A stretch of 47,880 nt of DNA from an uncultured bacterium (lineage in GTDB: Bacteria > Hinthialibacterota > Hinthialibacteria > Hinthialibacterales > Hinthialibacteraceae). The notes under the pieces were generated by a model. It did no database searches, was not told the DNA's origin, and saw only the letters and a program-made list of their open reading frames with translations. The position numbers were made by a program, and so were the translations under genes. The DNA is taken from assembly GCA_964643335.1 (NCBI GenBank), contig CAZXSQ010000001.1:2844-50723 (forward strand). The letters are read 5' to 3'. Positions 9,529 to 19,230 of the stretch are shown one piece after another; the stretch's first letter is position 1; each line of letters begins with the position of its first letter.

Positions 9529-11403
9529 TTATTGCATTAACTTGAAGGCCTTTTCCAGAGCCTCGGCATTTATGTCGGCCGATTTTTTTAAATCGGTTAG
9601 AAACTGCTCATAGCGTTCTTTGGCCAACTTATTTTGCTGTGAATTTTTCCCGCCTAACAGGCCTACATCCCCAGATTGCCCAATGATAGCAGTTGTTGAT
9701 CGTGGACAGAGAGGTATGCACAATTCGAAAATAGTTTTCTGGCTTGATAAAAGCGATGTGAAATCCAGCATTATTTTTTTGATGTATCCATGAAACTCTC
9801 CGGAATCCGGTTCGAGCGATTGCGTTCGCTTGATAAGTTTATGGAGCTGCCTTTTGGTATTTCTGCAAGTGGTTGATAAGTGTTTTATTTCATCTTTCAG
9901 ATTGTGTTTTTTTCTATATGAATCTACATATAACCCATTCAAAATAAAGGACTTATCTATTGCTGTTTTAGAAAATGATTCAATAACGTTTTCAAGTGAG
10001 CCGAAAACAGTTCCTTGAATCTTTGCACCATGTACTGAAGTATTGATCACTCTACCAGCTGTTTTCTGAATTAATTCAGAAAACGTATCAAGATATATTT
10101 TGTATAGACCGCTGGTTTTAACCTTTCGGCCGTCGTTCGCCTCAACCTCAAGCAATTGTTCATTTTGGCGACCAGGCTGATCTAGTTCATGCTGCATGGC
10201 ATTTTTTGCATACCACTTCGTGAATGGAAAAGATAAGTCATTGCCAATCAGGATGATAGGCATGCACCCCATAAACCTGGCCAAATGGTAGGCAGAATGA
10301 GCGGTCGAACCGTAAGAGATTAATTTACCCAAAGTTCCCAATGAATGCAGTTTTTCTAGAATAGGCAGCGCTCCACTGTCATAATCAACCGTTGCCGAAT
10401 GATCGAAAAAAAATGTCCGGCCTTCATACATTTTGACTATTTCGGGATGGACACCGGGATATGCCACCAGATATGCCGTATCATCATCTAAGCCGTCAAA
10501 ATGGCGCGCGTTTAGCTCAGTAAAATCCAAACTGACCACAAGATCAGAATGAATCCCATTCTTGTACAAAATACGATAGGCGGTATCGACTGAAATAAGC
10601 AAAGCTTGTTGTTCTTTCAATTTAATTATCGGCAAAGCCTCTTCCAAACTCGGACCGGGACTGATCACAAAAGCAGGCAGTCCGGCTCCTTTTCCTTGAA
10701 GATTTAAACAGGGAGCGCCTTGTAAAATATAGGGGAAATTGTTGGTTATATTCTCAAGAATCTGTTTCCCTTGGATTTCTTCTGTTTTGAAACGGAGTTT
10801 ATCCAACTCAATGGCTTCTGAAAGCGTTTTTGCCAGCCGTTGAATATACGCTCTATGCAGCATAGCGGATATTTTCGGATAGGCCAAACGGATGCCCTGA
10901 GCTCTTGTCCGGCTTGCATCCGAACCGTGAAACAATCGTTTGACCACTTCGTCTTCGCACAGTCCCCCAATAAGCCGAATGCGTGAAGAACATAACAATG
11001 AGGTAAAATCCATTAAATGCAAAGCCGCTTTCAGAAGAAGGAGATTCGGTTCAACAACCCAAATCAATGTTTCTTGATCGGATAAACGGTGCAATGATAA
11101 TGGATAATAACCCGATCCAAAGCCGATAAGCATAACATGAGCGCATTGAAGGCATTCTTTGCCTAAACTGCTTACCCAGTTTTCCGATTCTTGCATCGGA
11201 TCATTCAAATCATTTAAAGCGATTTTTTGACCGTTTGGATGCTTTACAGCCACCAGTGGGGAACCGTTTTTTGCCTTGACTGCAATAACCTCGTTCGTCA
11301 GAGGGGCATGATTAAGCTGCTCGGCCAATATAGGATTACGCTTTTGTATTTTTTGCAAATTATTTTCAAAATAAGGGCTGTTTTGGAAATTGGTATAAAC
11401 CAT
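9529..11403 (-). CDS. Motility-associated-factor (Maf)-type glycosyltransferase family protein (DUF115/MptE-like core)
   Basis: Maf-like N-terminus (FENNLQKIQKRNPILAEQL...DPMQESENW...MLIGFGSGYYPLSL...WVVEPN). Central DUF115 signature (PAFVISPGPSLEEALPIIK...LISVDTAYRIL...VVSLD). Helical C-terminal region. Confidence 0.7.
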   Translation of the reverse strand: MVYTNFQNSPYFENNLQKIQKRNPILAEQLNHAPLTNEVIAVKAKNGSPLVAVKHPNGQKIALNDLNDPMQESENWVSSLGKECLQCAHVMLIGFGSGYYPLSLHRLSDQETLIWVVEPNLLLLKAALHLMDFTSLLCSSRIRLIGGLCEDEVVKRLFHGSDASRTRAQGIRLAYPKISAMLHRAYIQRLAKTLSEAIELDKLRFKTEEIQGKQILENITNNFPYILQGAPCLNLQGKGAGLPAFVISPGPSLEEALPIIKLKEQQALLISVDTAYRILYKNGIHSDLVVSLDFTELNARHFDGLDDDTAYLVAYPGVHPEIVKMYEGRTFFFDHSATVDYDSGALPILEKLHSLGTLGKLISYGSTAHSAYHLARFMGCMPIILIGNDLSFPFTKWYAKNAMQHELDQPGRQNEQLLEVEANDGRKVKTSGLYKIYLDTFSELIQKTAGRVINTSVHGAKIQGTVFGSLENVIESFSKTAIDKSFILNGLYVDSYRKKHNLKDEIKHLSTTCRNTKRQLHKLIKRTQSLEPDSGEFHGYIKKIMLDFTSLLSSQKTIFELCIPLCPRSTTAIIGQSGDVGLLGGKNSQQNKLAKERYEQFLTDLKKSADINAEALEKAFKLMQ

Positions 11404-11414
11404 ATTCAGTGAGT

Positions 11415-12467
11415 CTATCTAGGTTGAATGTGAACATCCTCAATATATGTACATACAATATCTTGTGAAGCAGCTGTTTTGCCACTGGCGCTGGTAACAA
11501 TAATGACTCTCCCAGGTTTCCCGTCAGGCCATAATGCTGTATAACCGCCACCGGATTCGCGCTCTGGTAAAAAATCAATCATGCCTGACCATGTTTCTCC
11601 ATGATCCGGAGAAACCGACAATGCCGGTTTCCAGAAATTCATGTTTCGTCCGGCGCAGATTAATGTTTCACCAGCATATCCTAGAACTGGATGCCGTAAG
11701 GATAAATCGTCATAATATTCGATTTCGCTCCACGAAGTTCCTCCATCCTGACTAATTCGGCCGAAACACTGTATTTGCCGGTTCAAGTGTCCAATAAAAA
11801 GCAACGAACCCTCCAGCCTGACACATAGCGCCGGATAGGCCGGTGTTTCGCTGAATTGATCTTTTGGAGCAACCATAACTCTTTGAGGCCAGGACTCACC
11901 ATCATCATGACTGATGTACAACACCAGGCCGGTAGGGTGAAAAGCCGGCATGTAGAATGTATTATCATGATAAACAAGATGGGTGCTGCACCCTTGGTGG
12001 CCGTTCCTTATATTTTTATCAATGATCCCCACACTTTTGTATATCTCTCCATTATCGTAACTGATTAATGCTTTGCTGCTTTTGATGTTTTCTCCTTTAA
12101 CCAGATCCAGCTTTTTCAATCCTACCCGTTGTATGATCAGAACGATCTTGCCGTCATCAGTCTGTCCAAACGCAGGATTTCGAGAACCAAATCCTTGCTC
12201 ACATTCATCAAAAATAATCCCATCATCATGCCAGGTTATACCACCGTCCTTACTCCGTTTTTGGTGAATGACCGAGCCATGCCCGGGATCATCAAGCCCG
12301 TCTTGATAGGCTGAAATCCAGTCTCCGTTCGCACATCGTGTTACACAAGGACCATGAAGAAATCGATTGTTACCCTCATCGATTGTGTACGGTCCCTCGA
12401 CTTTAAACGTAATTTTGAAACGCGAATCGTTGTATGTTCGTTTATCTTTTTTCCGTTTGGGCATCAT
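11415..12467 (-). CDS. BNR/Asp-box repeat protein with sialidase-type beta-propeller fold; no signal peptide
   Basis: Four canonical S-x-D-x-G-x-[TS]-W boxes: SKDGGITW, SHDDGESW, SQDGGTSW, SPDHGETW. The N-terminus is basic and hydrophilic (MMPKRKKDKRTYND). No FRIP motif noticed. Only 11 nt separate it from the Maf-like gene. Confidence 0.8.
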   Translation of the reverse strand: MMPKRKKDKRTYNDSRFKITFKVEGPYTIDEGNNRFLHGPCVTRCANGDWISAYQDGLDDPGHGSVIHQKRSKDGGITWHDDGIIFDECEQGFGSRNPAFGQTDDGKIVLIIQRVGLKKLDLVKGENIKSSKALISYDNGEIYKSVGIIDKNIRNGHQGCSTHLVYHDNTFYMPAFHPTGLVLYISHDDGESWPQRVMVAPKDQFSETPAYPALCVRLEGSLLFIGHLNRQIQCFGRISQDGGTSWSEIEYYDDLSLRHPVLGYAGETLICAGRNMNFWKPALSVSPDHGETWSGMIDFLPERESGGGYTALWPDGKPGRVIIVTSASGKTAASQDIVCTYIEDVHIQPR

Positions 12468-12513
12468 CTGTATCGCTATCTTAACAGTAACATGGGCCGG
12501 CAGGATGCCGCCG

Positions 12514-13893
12514 CTACGGCATCAGCGAGGATCGTCCTTTTGGCAGATCAAAACAGGCAATAATATCTTCTTCATCGCGGAACCAGGTGCCGCTTTCTAG
12601 TTTCAGAGAATCCTGAACTTCTCTGAGGGGTTTTGTTTCACTGCCCACAACCAGTTTTGGAACGCTTTCATTACTTGCTTTTACTCGAACGGTGAATATT
12701 GGACTGGCGAATGGAGCATTGAATTCGACCTGATTTTCCTTTTTCTCAATACACGTGAGTTCCTTGGCGGCCCAATATCGGGAAATCTTACACAGCTTCA
12801 TCCAGATAAGATTATCATAAGCCTCATGAACCCGGCGGTACACTTCTTTGAAAATATTAAATCCTATTTCCAGACCGTTGAAATAAATCCCCGGCCAATG
12901 ACAAACCAATATGGCAGGTTCACCTTTTTCAATGACTTCCGGCAACCTACCGGAATTCAAATCCTTGGTGATGAATCTGTCTACCGACCCATGATTCAAA
13001 CCATCCCAGCCGCCAAACCAGTCACCGGTGCATCCGATAATCGAAACCACGCATTTAGGATCATCGCTGTCCAAGTCAGAGGCGTACTCCACCCTCGGTG
13101 CCACGCTTCTTTCATCTGTGTATAAATGCCTGAAATAATGGGGAATCTCTGTTTTGTAAACCTCCCGGCAAGCCTGTAAAGTCGCTTGCGATAGTTCCGG
13201 AAGCACCCGGTTGCCGAATCCGCCGGGAGTTGTCATTCCTTCACAATATAATCCTGCGTTTTTCAATATTCGCAAAGCGTAGGCGATATAGTCGGCAATC
13301 TGATCAACTGATTTATCGTCTGTCCATCTCCAGTTCTCCATATAATATGGACTGGCTTCCGGATAAGGTTTTCCTGTTTTTGTATTGATGACTCGTGTAT
13401 GAGATACCATTTCCGGATGGATATCCCAATCAGGCTCCATCAGAGTCCTGACCAGTTCCAAACTGTCTTCCAACTCTTTTTTCGGCCATCCCGGTATGAA
13501 CCGGTCAACCCAGCCAACACAAGCAGGGTAGGGGACAATGCTGTATTTACCCTTTACTCCATTTTCATGGCACCATTCACCGAATTTACGCACGAATGAA
13601 TCAGGAATTTCACGCGGTAATGACTTCCAAGGTTGTTTATAGCGATCGGGAAACACCTCATGAAATTGTGGGATCCCAAAATAGGCCAAATTCACCAGTG
13701 TAGTTGAATCATCGATGATAAAGCTCATCGGTACTCGATTTCGTGGGTTGAGAACGGCAACGTTGTCATCCTGTTTTGGTCTTTCTCCAGGAACTTGTGC
13801 AAGAACAGAGTTTGCTTGAAGTGCCATCCCGGTTCCTATGGCTCCTATTGCAGTTTGTTCGATAAAACTTCGTCTAGTTAAATTTTCCATCAT
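12514..13893 (-). CDS. Tat-signal exported hypothetical protein, possibly carbohydrate esterase/deacetylase-like
   Basis: Signal TRRSFIEQTAIGAIGTGMALQA. SFIIDDSTT resembles a NodB-like DD motif. The functional call is weak. Confidence 0.6.
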   Translation of the reverse strand: MMENLTRRSFIEQTAIGAIGTGMALQANSVLAQVPGERPKQDDNVAVLNPRNRVPMSFIIDDSTTLVNLAYFGIPQFHEVFPDRYKQPWKSLPREIPDSFVRKFGEWCHENGVKGKYSIVPYPACVGWVDRFIPGWPKKELEDSLELVRTLMEPDWDIHPEMVSHTRVINTKTGKPYPEASPYYMENWRWTDDKSVDQIADYIAYALRILKNAGLYCEGMTTPGGFGNRVLPELSQATLQACREVYKTEIPHYFRHLYTDERSVAPRVEYASDLDSDDPKCVVSIIGCTGDWFGGWDGLNHGSVDRFITKDLNSGRLPEVIEKGEPAILVCHWPGIYFNGLEIGFNIFKEVYRRVHEAYDNLIWMKLCKISRYWAAKELTCIEKKENQVEFNAPFASPIFTVRVKASNESVPKLVVGSETKPLREVQDSLKLESGTWFRDEEDIIACFDLPKGRSSLMP

Positions 13894-13959
13894 TTATCTC
13901 CATCTTCCCAATTAAGGTAATTTGATCAGATTGAGTTACACGATCTAATATAAATGAAA

Positions 13960-15771
13960 TTAATGTTCTGCTTGTTGCTTTTTCACCAACACAGCCCAAT
14001 CTTTTGATGGTTCTTCTGGTGGCTCCCCGATGGATTGATTACCCGCTTCCTTTATGGTTTTCACGCTTCCTGTTTTGAGTTCTCCACCGGTTCGCGGATT
14101 ATACCATTGCACAGTGTATTCACCGCTGGCTACAGTCAGTTCGGTACTGCCTCCTTCCGGTAAATAAATGGCATAACATTCACCCACTTTGGCCAGACAG
14201 TAATCGTTATCAGCCGTGGTCAATTCATCATGAGATTTCATATCGATAAAGGGGAGATGGTTCTGGAAAAACTCCAGTGCAAATCGGGTTAAATCCCACA
14301 TATGATCCCGGCTGCGCCAATCCTCGCAGTTCAAATCATTGTGAGCGAAATTGTAACCAAAGTACCATTCACATCCGGCTCCGCCGGCCATCAGGTTGCC
14401 CCACAAGGCCTCTTTGCGAACTTGATTATGCCAATAATCGCCTTTGTCCGGCTTGACACCTGTGTTGGCGGGGCCGATTTCATCCAGACACACCATCCAT
14501 GGCCGCCCTTCTGTGCTCGATTTTTCCACCCATTTTTTTGTTTCGGCATGAGTTTCGCTCATGTCACCCATTTGCAGTGACGGGCCGTAAAAATGGGGAT
14601 AGTACAACAGCGGGGTATACACCTCGTCATATCGTCCTGGAAAAGTGTGTACCACAATGGGATGATTATATGGATCAACTGTGTTGATATATTCTGAAAA
14701 TGCTTTCCGCTGCTGATCGGTATTCGTGTTTTCTTCTCCGAGGTTCCATACCACTCCTAAATGATGACCAAATCGGGCGATGAGTTCCCGGTAATAGAGT
14801 TTTCTCTGACGTCCCAAATCCCCACCATCCAAGAGTTGATCATTTTCTTGTTCTTGAGTAATCACATGTAAAAGAAGTCCCAGTTTGTCCATATGGGAAA
14901 ACACAATCTCCCATTGATCCAACTTGCTGCAATCAAACCGGTAACGCTCATCAGGGCTTGTCCATGGCCATACATCTTTACCATCACCTTGTACATTCAT
15001 GGTCAGAAAATAGACGGAATTCATTTTCTCACTGGCGAGATAATTCAATGCGCCGATTATATTTTTTCCTTTCCCGTCTTTCCATGTGGGATCGCCTGGA
15101 CGCCAGTCTTGGGCATGAGGAGTGTAATCATGCAGATTGACATTATGATCCGCTTCACCGGATGCTTTCTTTTGGCCTTCACCTCCAAAATAAGTCTGAT
15201 CGAAATCTGAATAAGCCAGGAAATTTTCAGGACTGTCCGCCCCGCCTTTGATGTAGTATTCACCGGTTTCGGCAAATTGCAGATAATGCTTTCCCACATA
15301 ACGCAGCATGCCCTTTGCTCTAAAATCGGGGCAAGATTTATCCGAAGGCGCAATGGCCAGACTGCCGCTAATACCATCAAAGGATGTGGGAGTTCCTTCG
15401 CTACGGTCTTCCCTGATGGCAATATTAAGACCTTCTACAAAAAAGGCTTTGTACTGCCATATTCCTTCTTCATCAGGAATGAAATGTACCCGCCATTTAT
15501 CACCTTTAACCGCACTGGTCTCTGCAGCGTTTCCATCGGCGGCAAAAAATCCAGGAACAACATACCGCTTGCTCTCTTTGGTGAATACAACTTCGAGGCG
15601 GTAATTCAAGAATGGATTAGGCAGGGCTGTTTCACTCGTTTCAGGACCGGTAAAAGTCAGTGTAACCGTATGCCACTTTTTCAACTCCCCAGTAACAGAT
15701 ACTCCTTCTGAGTAACCATAATTGATGATAAAACAACTCACAATGAACCAGGTTAGAATTTGTTTTCCCAT
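13960..15771 (-). CDS. Secreted DUF5060-domain protein fused to a glycoside-hydrolase-like (DUF4038/GH5-like TIM barrel) domain
   Basis: Signal peptide. The N-terminal Ig-like region TGELKKWHTVTLTFTGPETSE...NPFLNYRLEVVFT...GDKWRVHF matches the DUF5060 pattern as I remember it. It is followed by a TIM-barrel-like region (WNLGEE, CLDEIG). Confidence 0.65.
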   Translation of the reverse strand: MGKQILTWFIVSCFIINYGYSEGVSVTGELKKWHTVTLTFTGPETSETALPNPFLNYRLEVVFTKESKRYVVPGFFAADGNAAETSAVKGDKWRVHFIPDEEGIWQYKAFFVEGLNIAIREDRSEGTPTSFDGISGSLAIAPSDKSCPDFRAKGMLRYVGKHYLQFAETGEYYIKGGADSPENFLAYSDFDQTYFGGEGQKKASGEADHNVNLHDYTPHAQDWRPGDPTWKDGKGKNIIGALNYLASEKMNSVYFLTMNVQGDGKDVWPWTSPDERYRFDCSKLDQWEIVFSHMDKLGLLLHVITQEQENDQLLDGGDLGRQRKLYYRELIARFGHHLGVVWNLGEENTNTDQQRKAFSEYINTVDPYNHPIVVHTFPGRYDEVYTPLLYYPHFYGPSLQMGDMSETHAETKKWVEKSSTEGRPWMVCLDEIGPANTGVKPDKGDYWHNQVRKEALWGNLMAGGAGCEWYFGYNFAHNDLNCEDWRSRDHMWDLTRFALEFFQNHLPFIDMKSHDELTTADNDYCLAKVGECYAIYLPEGGSTELTVASGEYTVQWYNPRTGGELKTGSVKTIKEAGNQSIGEPPEEPSKDWAVLVKKQQAEH

Positions 15772-15789
15772 TATTATCTCCTTTTCAAA

Positions 15790-16827
15790 TCATTTCAAAA
15801 TTTCTCCAATAAAGTGCGAAAAATTTATTATATCTTCTTCTTCAATATCAAATGAGGTCATCCAGCGCACTTCGGATAACGCTTCATTCCAAACATAAAA
15901 AAAGTACTTCTGTTGTAGAACCGATATGTATTCTGAGGGGACGACAGCAAAAACTGCATTGGCCTGCACTTTTTGTGTGATATTGATTTTAGGAATTTTT
16001 TCGACCTCCTCTGCCAGCAGCTGCGCCATCTTATTGGCTTTTTGTGCATTATGCAGCCATAAATCATCAGTCAAATAGGCGGTATACTGAATGGCGATAA
16101 AACGCATCTTTGCAAACAGCTGCATCCCTTGCTTGCGGATATATTTGAAATTTTCGGATATTTTTTTATTGAAAAATAGGATACATTCACCAAACATCAA
16201 GCCATTTTTTGTGCCGCCAAAAGAAAGGAGATCTACCCCCGCATCGGTTGTTGTTTGCCGAAGACTAACTCCCAAACTGGCCGCCGCATTGGCTAACCGG
16301 GCGCCGTCCATATGGAGGTACATTTCGTTTTGATGTGCATAGTCCGCGATTTGTTTGATCTCTTCAGGGGTATAAATCGTCCCCAACTCAGTAGATTGGC
16401 TTATTGAAATTATTCTGGGTTGCGAACGGTGTTCAAAACCGATTCCATGCATATGTTTTTGAATCCCATCGATTGTTATCTTCCCGTCTTTTGATGGAAT
16501 TGGCAACAATTTACATCCAGTGAATTTTTCCGGAGCACCGCATTCGTCCGTATAAATATGAGCTGATTCTGCGCAAAGAACAGAATGAAAAGATTCCGTC
16601 AGCTGTTTTAAACCGAGTACATTCGCCCCGGTTCCCGCGAAGACGAAATATACGCCGGTCTCTTTGCCAAAATGTTCTTTGATTTTAGCTATAGCGGCAT
16701 GGGTATAGGGATCATCGCCATAAGCGATCGTATGCCCGACATTCACTGCCTGCATCTCTTTGAAAACATTGGAATGGACTCCCGAATTGTTATCGCTTGC
16801 AAAACTTTTATTTATATATGTTCTCAT
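15790..16827 (-). CDS. ltaE: Low-specificity L-threonine aldolase (PLP-dependent, beta-eliminating lyase family)
   Basis: FASDNNSG N-terminus, HMDGARLANAA, and the PLP-lysine context SFGGTKNG. The length (345 aa) is typical. Confidence 0.8.
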   Translation of the reverse strand: MRTYINKSFASDNNSGVHSNVFKEMQAVNVGHTIAYGDDPYTHAAIAKIKEHFGKETGVYFVFAGTGANVLGLKQLTESFHSVLCAESAHIYTDECGAPEKFTGCKLLPIPSKDGKITIDGIQKHMHGIGFEHRSQPRIISISQSTELGTIYTPEEIKQIADYAHQNEMYLHMDGARLANAAASLGVSLRQTTTDAGVDLLSFGGTKNGLMFGECILFFNKKISENFKYIRKQGMQLFAKMRFIAIQYTAYLTDDLWLHNAQKANKMAQLLAEEVEKIPKINITQKVQANAVFAVVPSEYISVLQQKYFFYVWNEALSEVRWMTSFDIEEEDIINFSHFIGEILK

Positions 16828-17209
16828 GATTTTTTAGTTTTACATGCTCCTTGAGAAATAGTCGTCCCGTTTTTATATGTTGATGTACTATTGATTCATA
16901 TATAGATGATATTATTCAGCACCTTCGTCTTAATCTCAAGTTGAGTTTGTGGAAAAATATAATAACTCAATAATAAAAAACGGGGAAATTGCATGATACT
17001 TATACCCCTTGTTCATTTTCTGCTTCTTGTATTGCAATTTGCAGCTAACCTAAACCTGAAAATCTAATCTCATGAATTTGTATTATTTCCTTTTTTATTG
17101 ATTTACCAAATCAAAGGGGACTTTCAGTCCTGACAATCAACCGGTAAAATTTTATTAGAACGATTCGCTTTTTTTTTAAAAGCATTGAAAAGGATAGGTG
17201 ATTTTTCCA

Positions 17210-17959
17210 ATGCTTGATATTACCCGCATTTTGAAAGGATGGGATTACCAACCGAATGAAGTAACCGTACGTCTGATTAATGGGGACGACGGAACACCTA
17301 AAGTCCAGATGAGACTTGATATTGGTTTACTTCAAATGGAATATTCAGGACGTCCCGATGGGAAACGTCCTCACGGTTTTGAATCCTTATTTGAATATTA
17401 CCAGAAACAATTAGAAGACCATATTCTACAACAGGATAGTGATGAGGGATTTTTCCTGGACCCGGATGAATGTTCTGATCTCAGGGCTGAAGCCCTTCAA
17501 TACTATTATCGTTATCTCAGTTTGTTCCATCTTCAAGAATATGGAGCCGTTGAACGTGATACTGGGCGTAATTTGGCAGTCTTTGATTTTATTAAACAAT
17601 ATGCCGAAGATGAGCAGGATAAATACGCCCTGGAACAGTACCGGCCTTACGTTCTAATGATGAATGCAAGAGCAGCTTCCCATCATTTACTTGAAAAAAA
17701 CCGCATCGAAGAGGCGGTGCAAAAAATTCAAACCGCAATTGACAAAATTCATGAATTTTTTTCCGAACTTGGTCGCCCCGATATAGCCGAAAACTGCAAT
17801 GAGATACTTTTTCTGAATGGATTTCTGGAAGAGATTGAATCGAAATGGAAGAGCAATCCTGTAAAAGAATTACGTGAGAAAATGCAGGAAGCCGTTAACC
17901 GTGAAGATTACGAAACCGCCGCCCAAATTAGAGACCGCATCAAACAAATGATGAAGTAA
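17210..17959 (+). CDS. UVR (UvrB/UvrC motif) domain-containing protein; N-terminal domain unknown
   Basis: The C-terminus AVNREDYETAAQIRDRIKQM is a textbook UVR motif. The track starts at GTG 17198; an in-frame ATG at 17210 is preferred. Confidence 0.7.
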   Translation: MLDITRILKGWDYQPNEVTVRLINGDDGTPKVQMRLDIGLLQMEYSGRPDGKRPHGFESLFEYYQKQLEDHILQQDSDEGFFLDPDECSDLRAEALQYYYRYLSLFHLQEYGAVERDTGRNLAVFDFIKQYAEDEQDKYALEQYRPYVLMMNARAASHHLLEKNRIEEAVQKIQTAIDKIHEFFSELGRPDIAENCNEILFLNGFLEEIESKWKSNPVKELREKMQEAVNREDYETAAQIRDRIKQMMK

Positions 17960-17973
17960 TCGTTGTTTTTTGC

Positions 17974-18843
17974 TTATTTTCCTGCTATTTGCAATCTTGC
18001 CGCTTTGATTGTGTTGCTCAACAACATAGCGATAGTCATCGGACCAGGACCGCCTGGCGAGGGAGAAAGATATCCCGCCACCTCCATCGCTTCATCACGA
18101 TGGACATCTCCTCTTTGGACATATTTTCCTTCCACTTCCTCAAAACTGATTCCAACATCAATCACAGCTGCACCGGGTTTGATCCAATCACCTCGAACCA
18201 TGTTCATCTGGCCGGTGGCGGCAATGAGTATATCAGCTCTCCGGCATACTGCCGGCAAATCTTGAGTTCTTGAATGACACACCGTCACCGTTGCATGTTC
18301 TCTCAACAGTAATTGGATCATAGGTTTTCCGACAATATTGCTTCGTCCGATGATAACGGCCTGCTTTCCCTTGATGGGGATATCCGCTCTTTTTAGAATC
18401 TCAATCACTCCGAGAGGCGTGCAGGGAACCAATGTGTCCAAACCGATTGAAAGCCGCCCCACATTAATTGGATGAAATCCATCCACATCTTTCAACGGAA
18501 CCACCTGCTCTTGCACCGTATGTGCATTAATCTGTTCCGGAACTGGGAGCTGGACTAAAATTCCATGAATCGAGGGATCATTATTCATTTTGTCGATCAA
18601 ATCGAGTACTTCTTCCTGACTCGTTTCCGTCGGTAAATTGTGCTGGATGGAATTCATTCCCGCCGCGTTGCAAGCCTTTCCCTTATTTCGCACATACACC
18701 TGCGACGCGGGATTCTCTCCAATCAACACCACAGCCAATCCCGGTTGGACGGATGTTTCTTCAACAAAACGCTGTACTTCTTCCTTAATTTCTGCCCGGA
18801 TTGTTTTTGCCAACGCTTTTCCATCAAGTATTTCTGCTGCCAT
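17974..18843 (-). CDS. folD: Bifunctional methylenetetrahydrofolate dehydrogenase / methenyltetrahydrofolate cyclohydrolase
   Basis: MAAEILDGKALA..., YVRNKGKAC, GFHPINVG, IGRSNIVGKPM, SPSPGGPGPMTIAML. Full-length FolD pattern. Confidence 0.95.
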   Translation of the reverse strand: MAAEILDGKALAKTIRAEIKEEVQRFVEETSVQPGLAVVLIGENPASQVYVRNKGKACNAAGMNSIQHNLPTETSQEEVLDLIDKMNNDPSIHGILVQLPVPEQINAHTVQEQVVPLKDVDGFHPINVGRLSIGLDTLVPCTPLGVIEILKRADIPIKGKQAVIIGRSNIVGKPMIQLLLREHATVTVCHSRTQDLPAVCRRADILIAATGQMNMVRGDWIKPGAAVIDVGISFEEVEGKYVQRGDVHRDEAMEVAGYLSPSPGGPGPMTIAMLLSNTIKAARLQIAGK

Positions 18844-19044
18844 TGAATATAATCCTTTTTGGTGAATAATCCTAAAACGTTACTTTACCACAGAGTGTAT
18901 TTCTTTCATATATACACAATACAAATAACATTGATTTTCCTTAATGAACTCTTATGGAAAAAAATAAAGGCTGTATTTATAAATAAAAATAGATCGGATT
19001 TTTAACGTATAAATGAATAAAGGTTTAATTTTAAAGGAGATCAT

Positions 19045-19224
19045 ATGATACACGTCGAAGAAAAAGAAAATGTGAACCCGATTTGCCCCCATTGCGAAAA
19101 AGACCTGAAAACGGTTTGGATTCATCCTGTAAAATCAACGTTTGGAAAAAGGTATGTTTACTTTTGCCCTGAGTGCAAAAAAACATTAGGAGTTACACAT
19201 CGAAAAGGATTCTGGATGGGATAA
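19045..19224 (+). CDS. Small zinc-ribbon protein (59 aa), below the ORF-track length cutoff
   Basis: The ATG at 19045 is preceded by AAAGGAGA with a 5-6 nt spacer. Translation: MIHVEEKENVNPICPHCEKDLKTVWIHPVKSTFGKRYVYFCPECKKTLGVTHRKGFWMG. Two CxxC pairs (CPHC...CPEC). Confidence 0.55.
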   Translation: MIHVEEKENVNPICPHCEKDLKTVWIHPVKSTFGKRYVYFCPECKKTLGVTHRKGFWMG

Positions 19225-19230
19225 GAAAAA

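Noticed and set aside
16828-17197. 370-bp divergent intergenic region upstream of the threonine aldolase, considered as a possible glycine or other riboswitch
   Set aside because: I could not recognise conserved riboswitch cores by eye, only short weak hairpins (GGAC-TTTCA-GTCC). It would need an Rfam scan. No feature is claimed.
17963-18865. Several 60-100-aa + strand ORFs (17963..18265, 17989..18273, 18638..18865, 18640..18846)
   Set aside because: All are antisense to the full-length, motif-complete folD gene.
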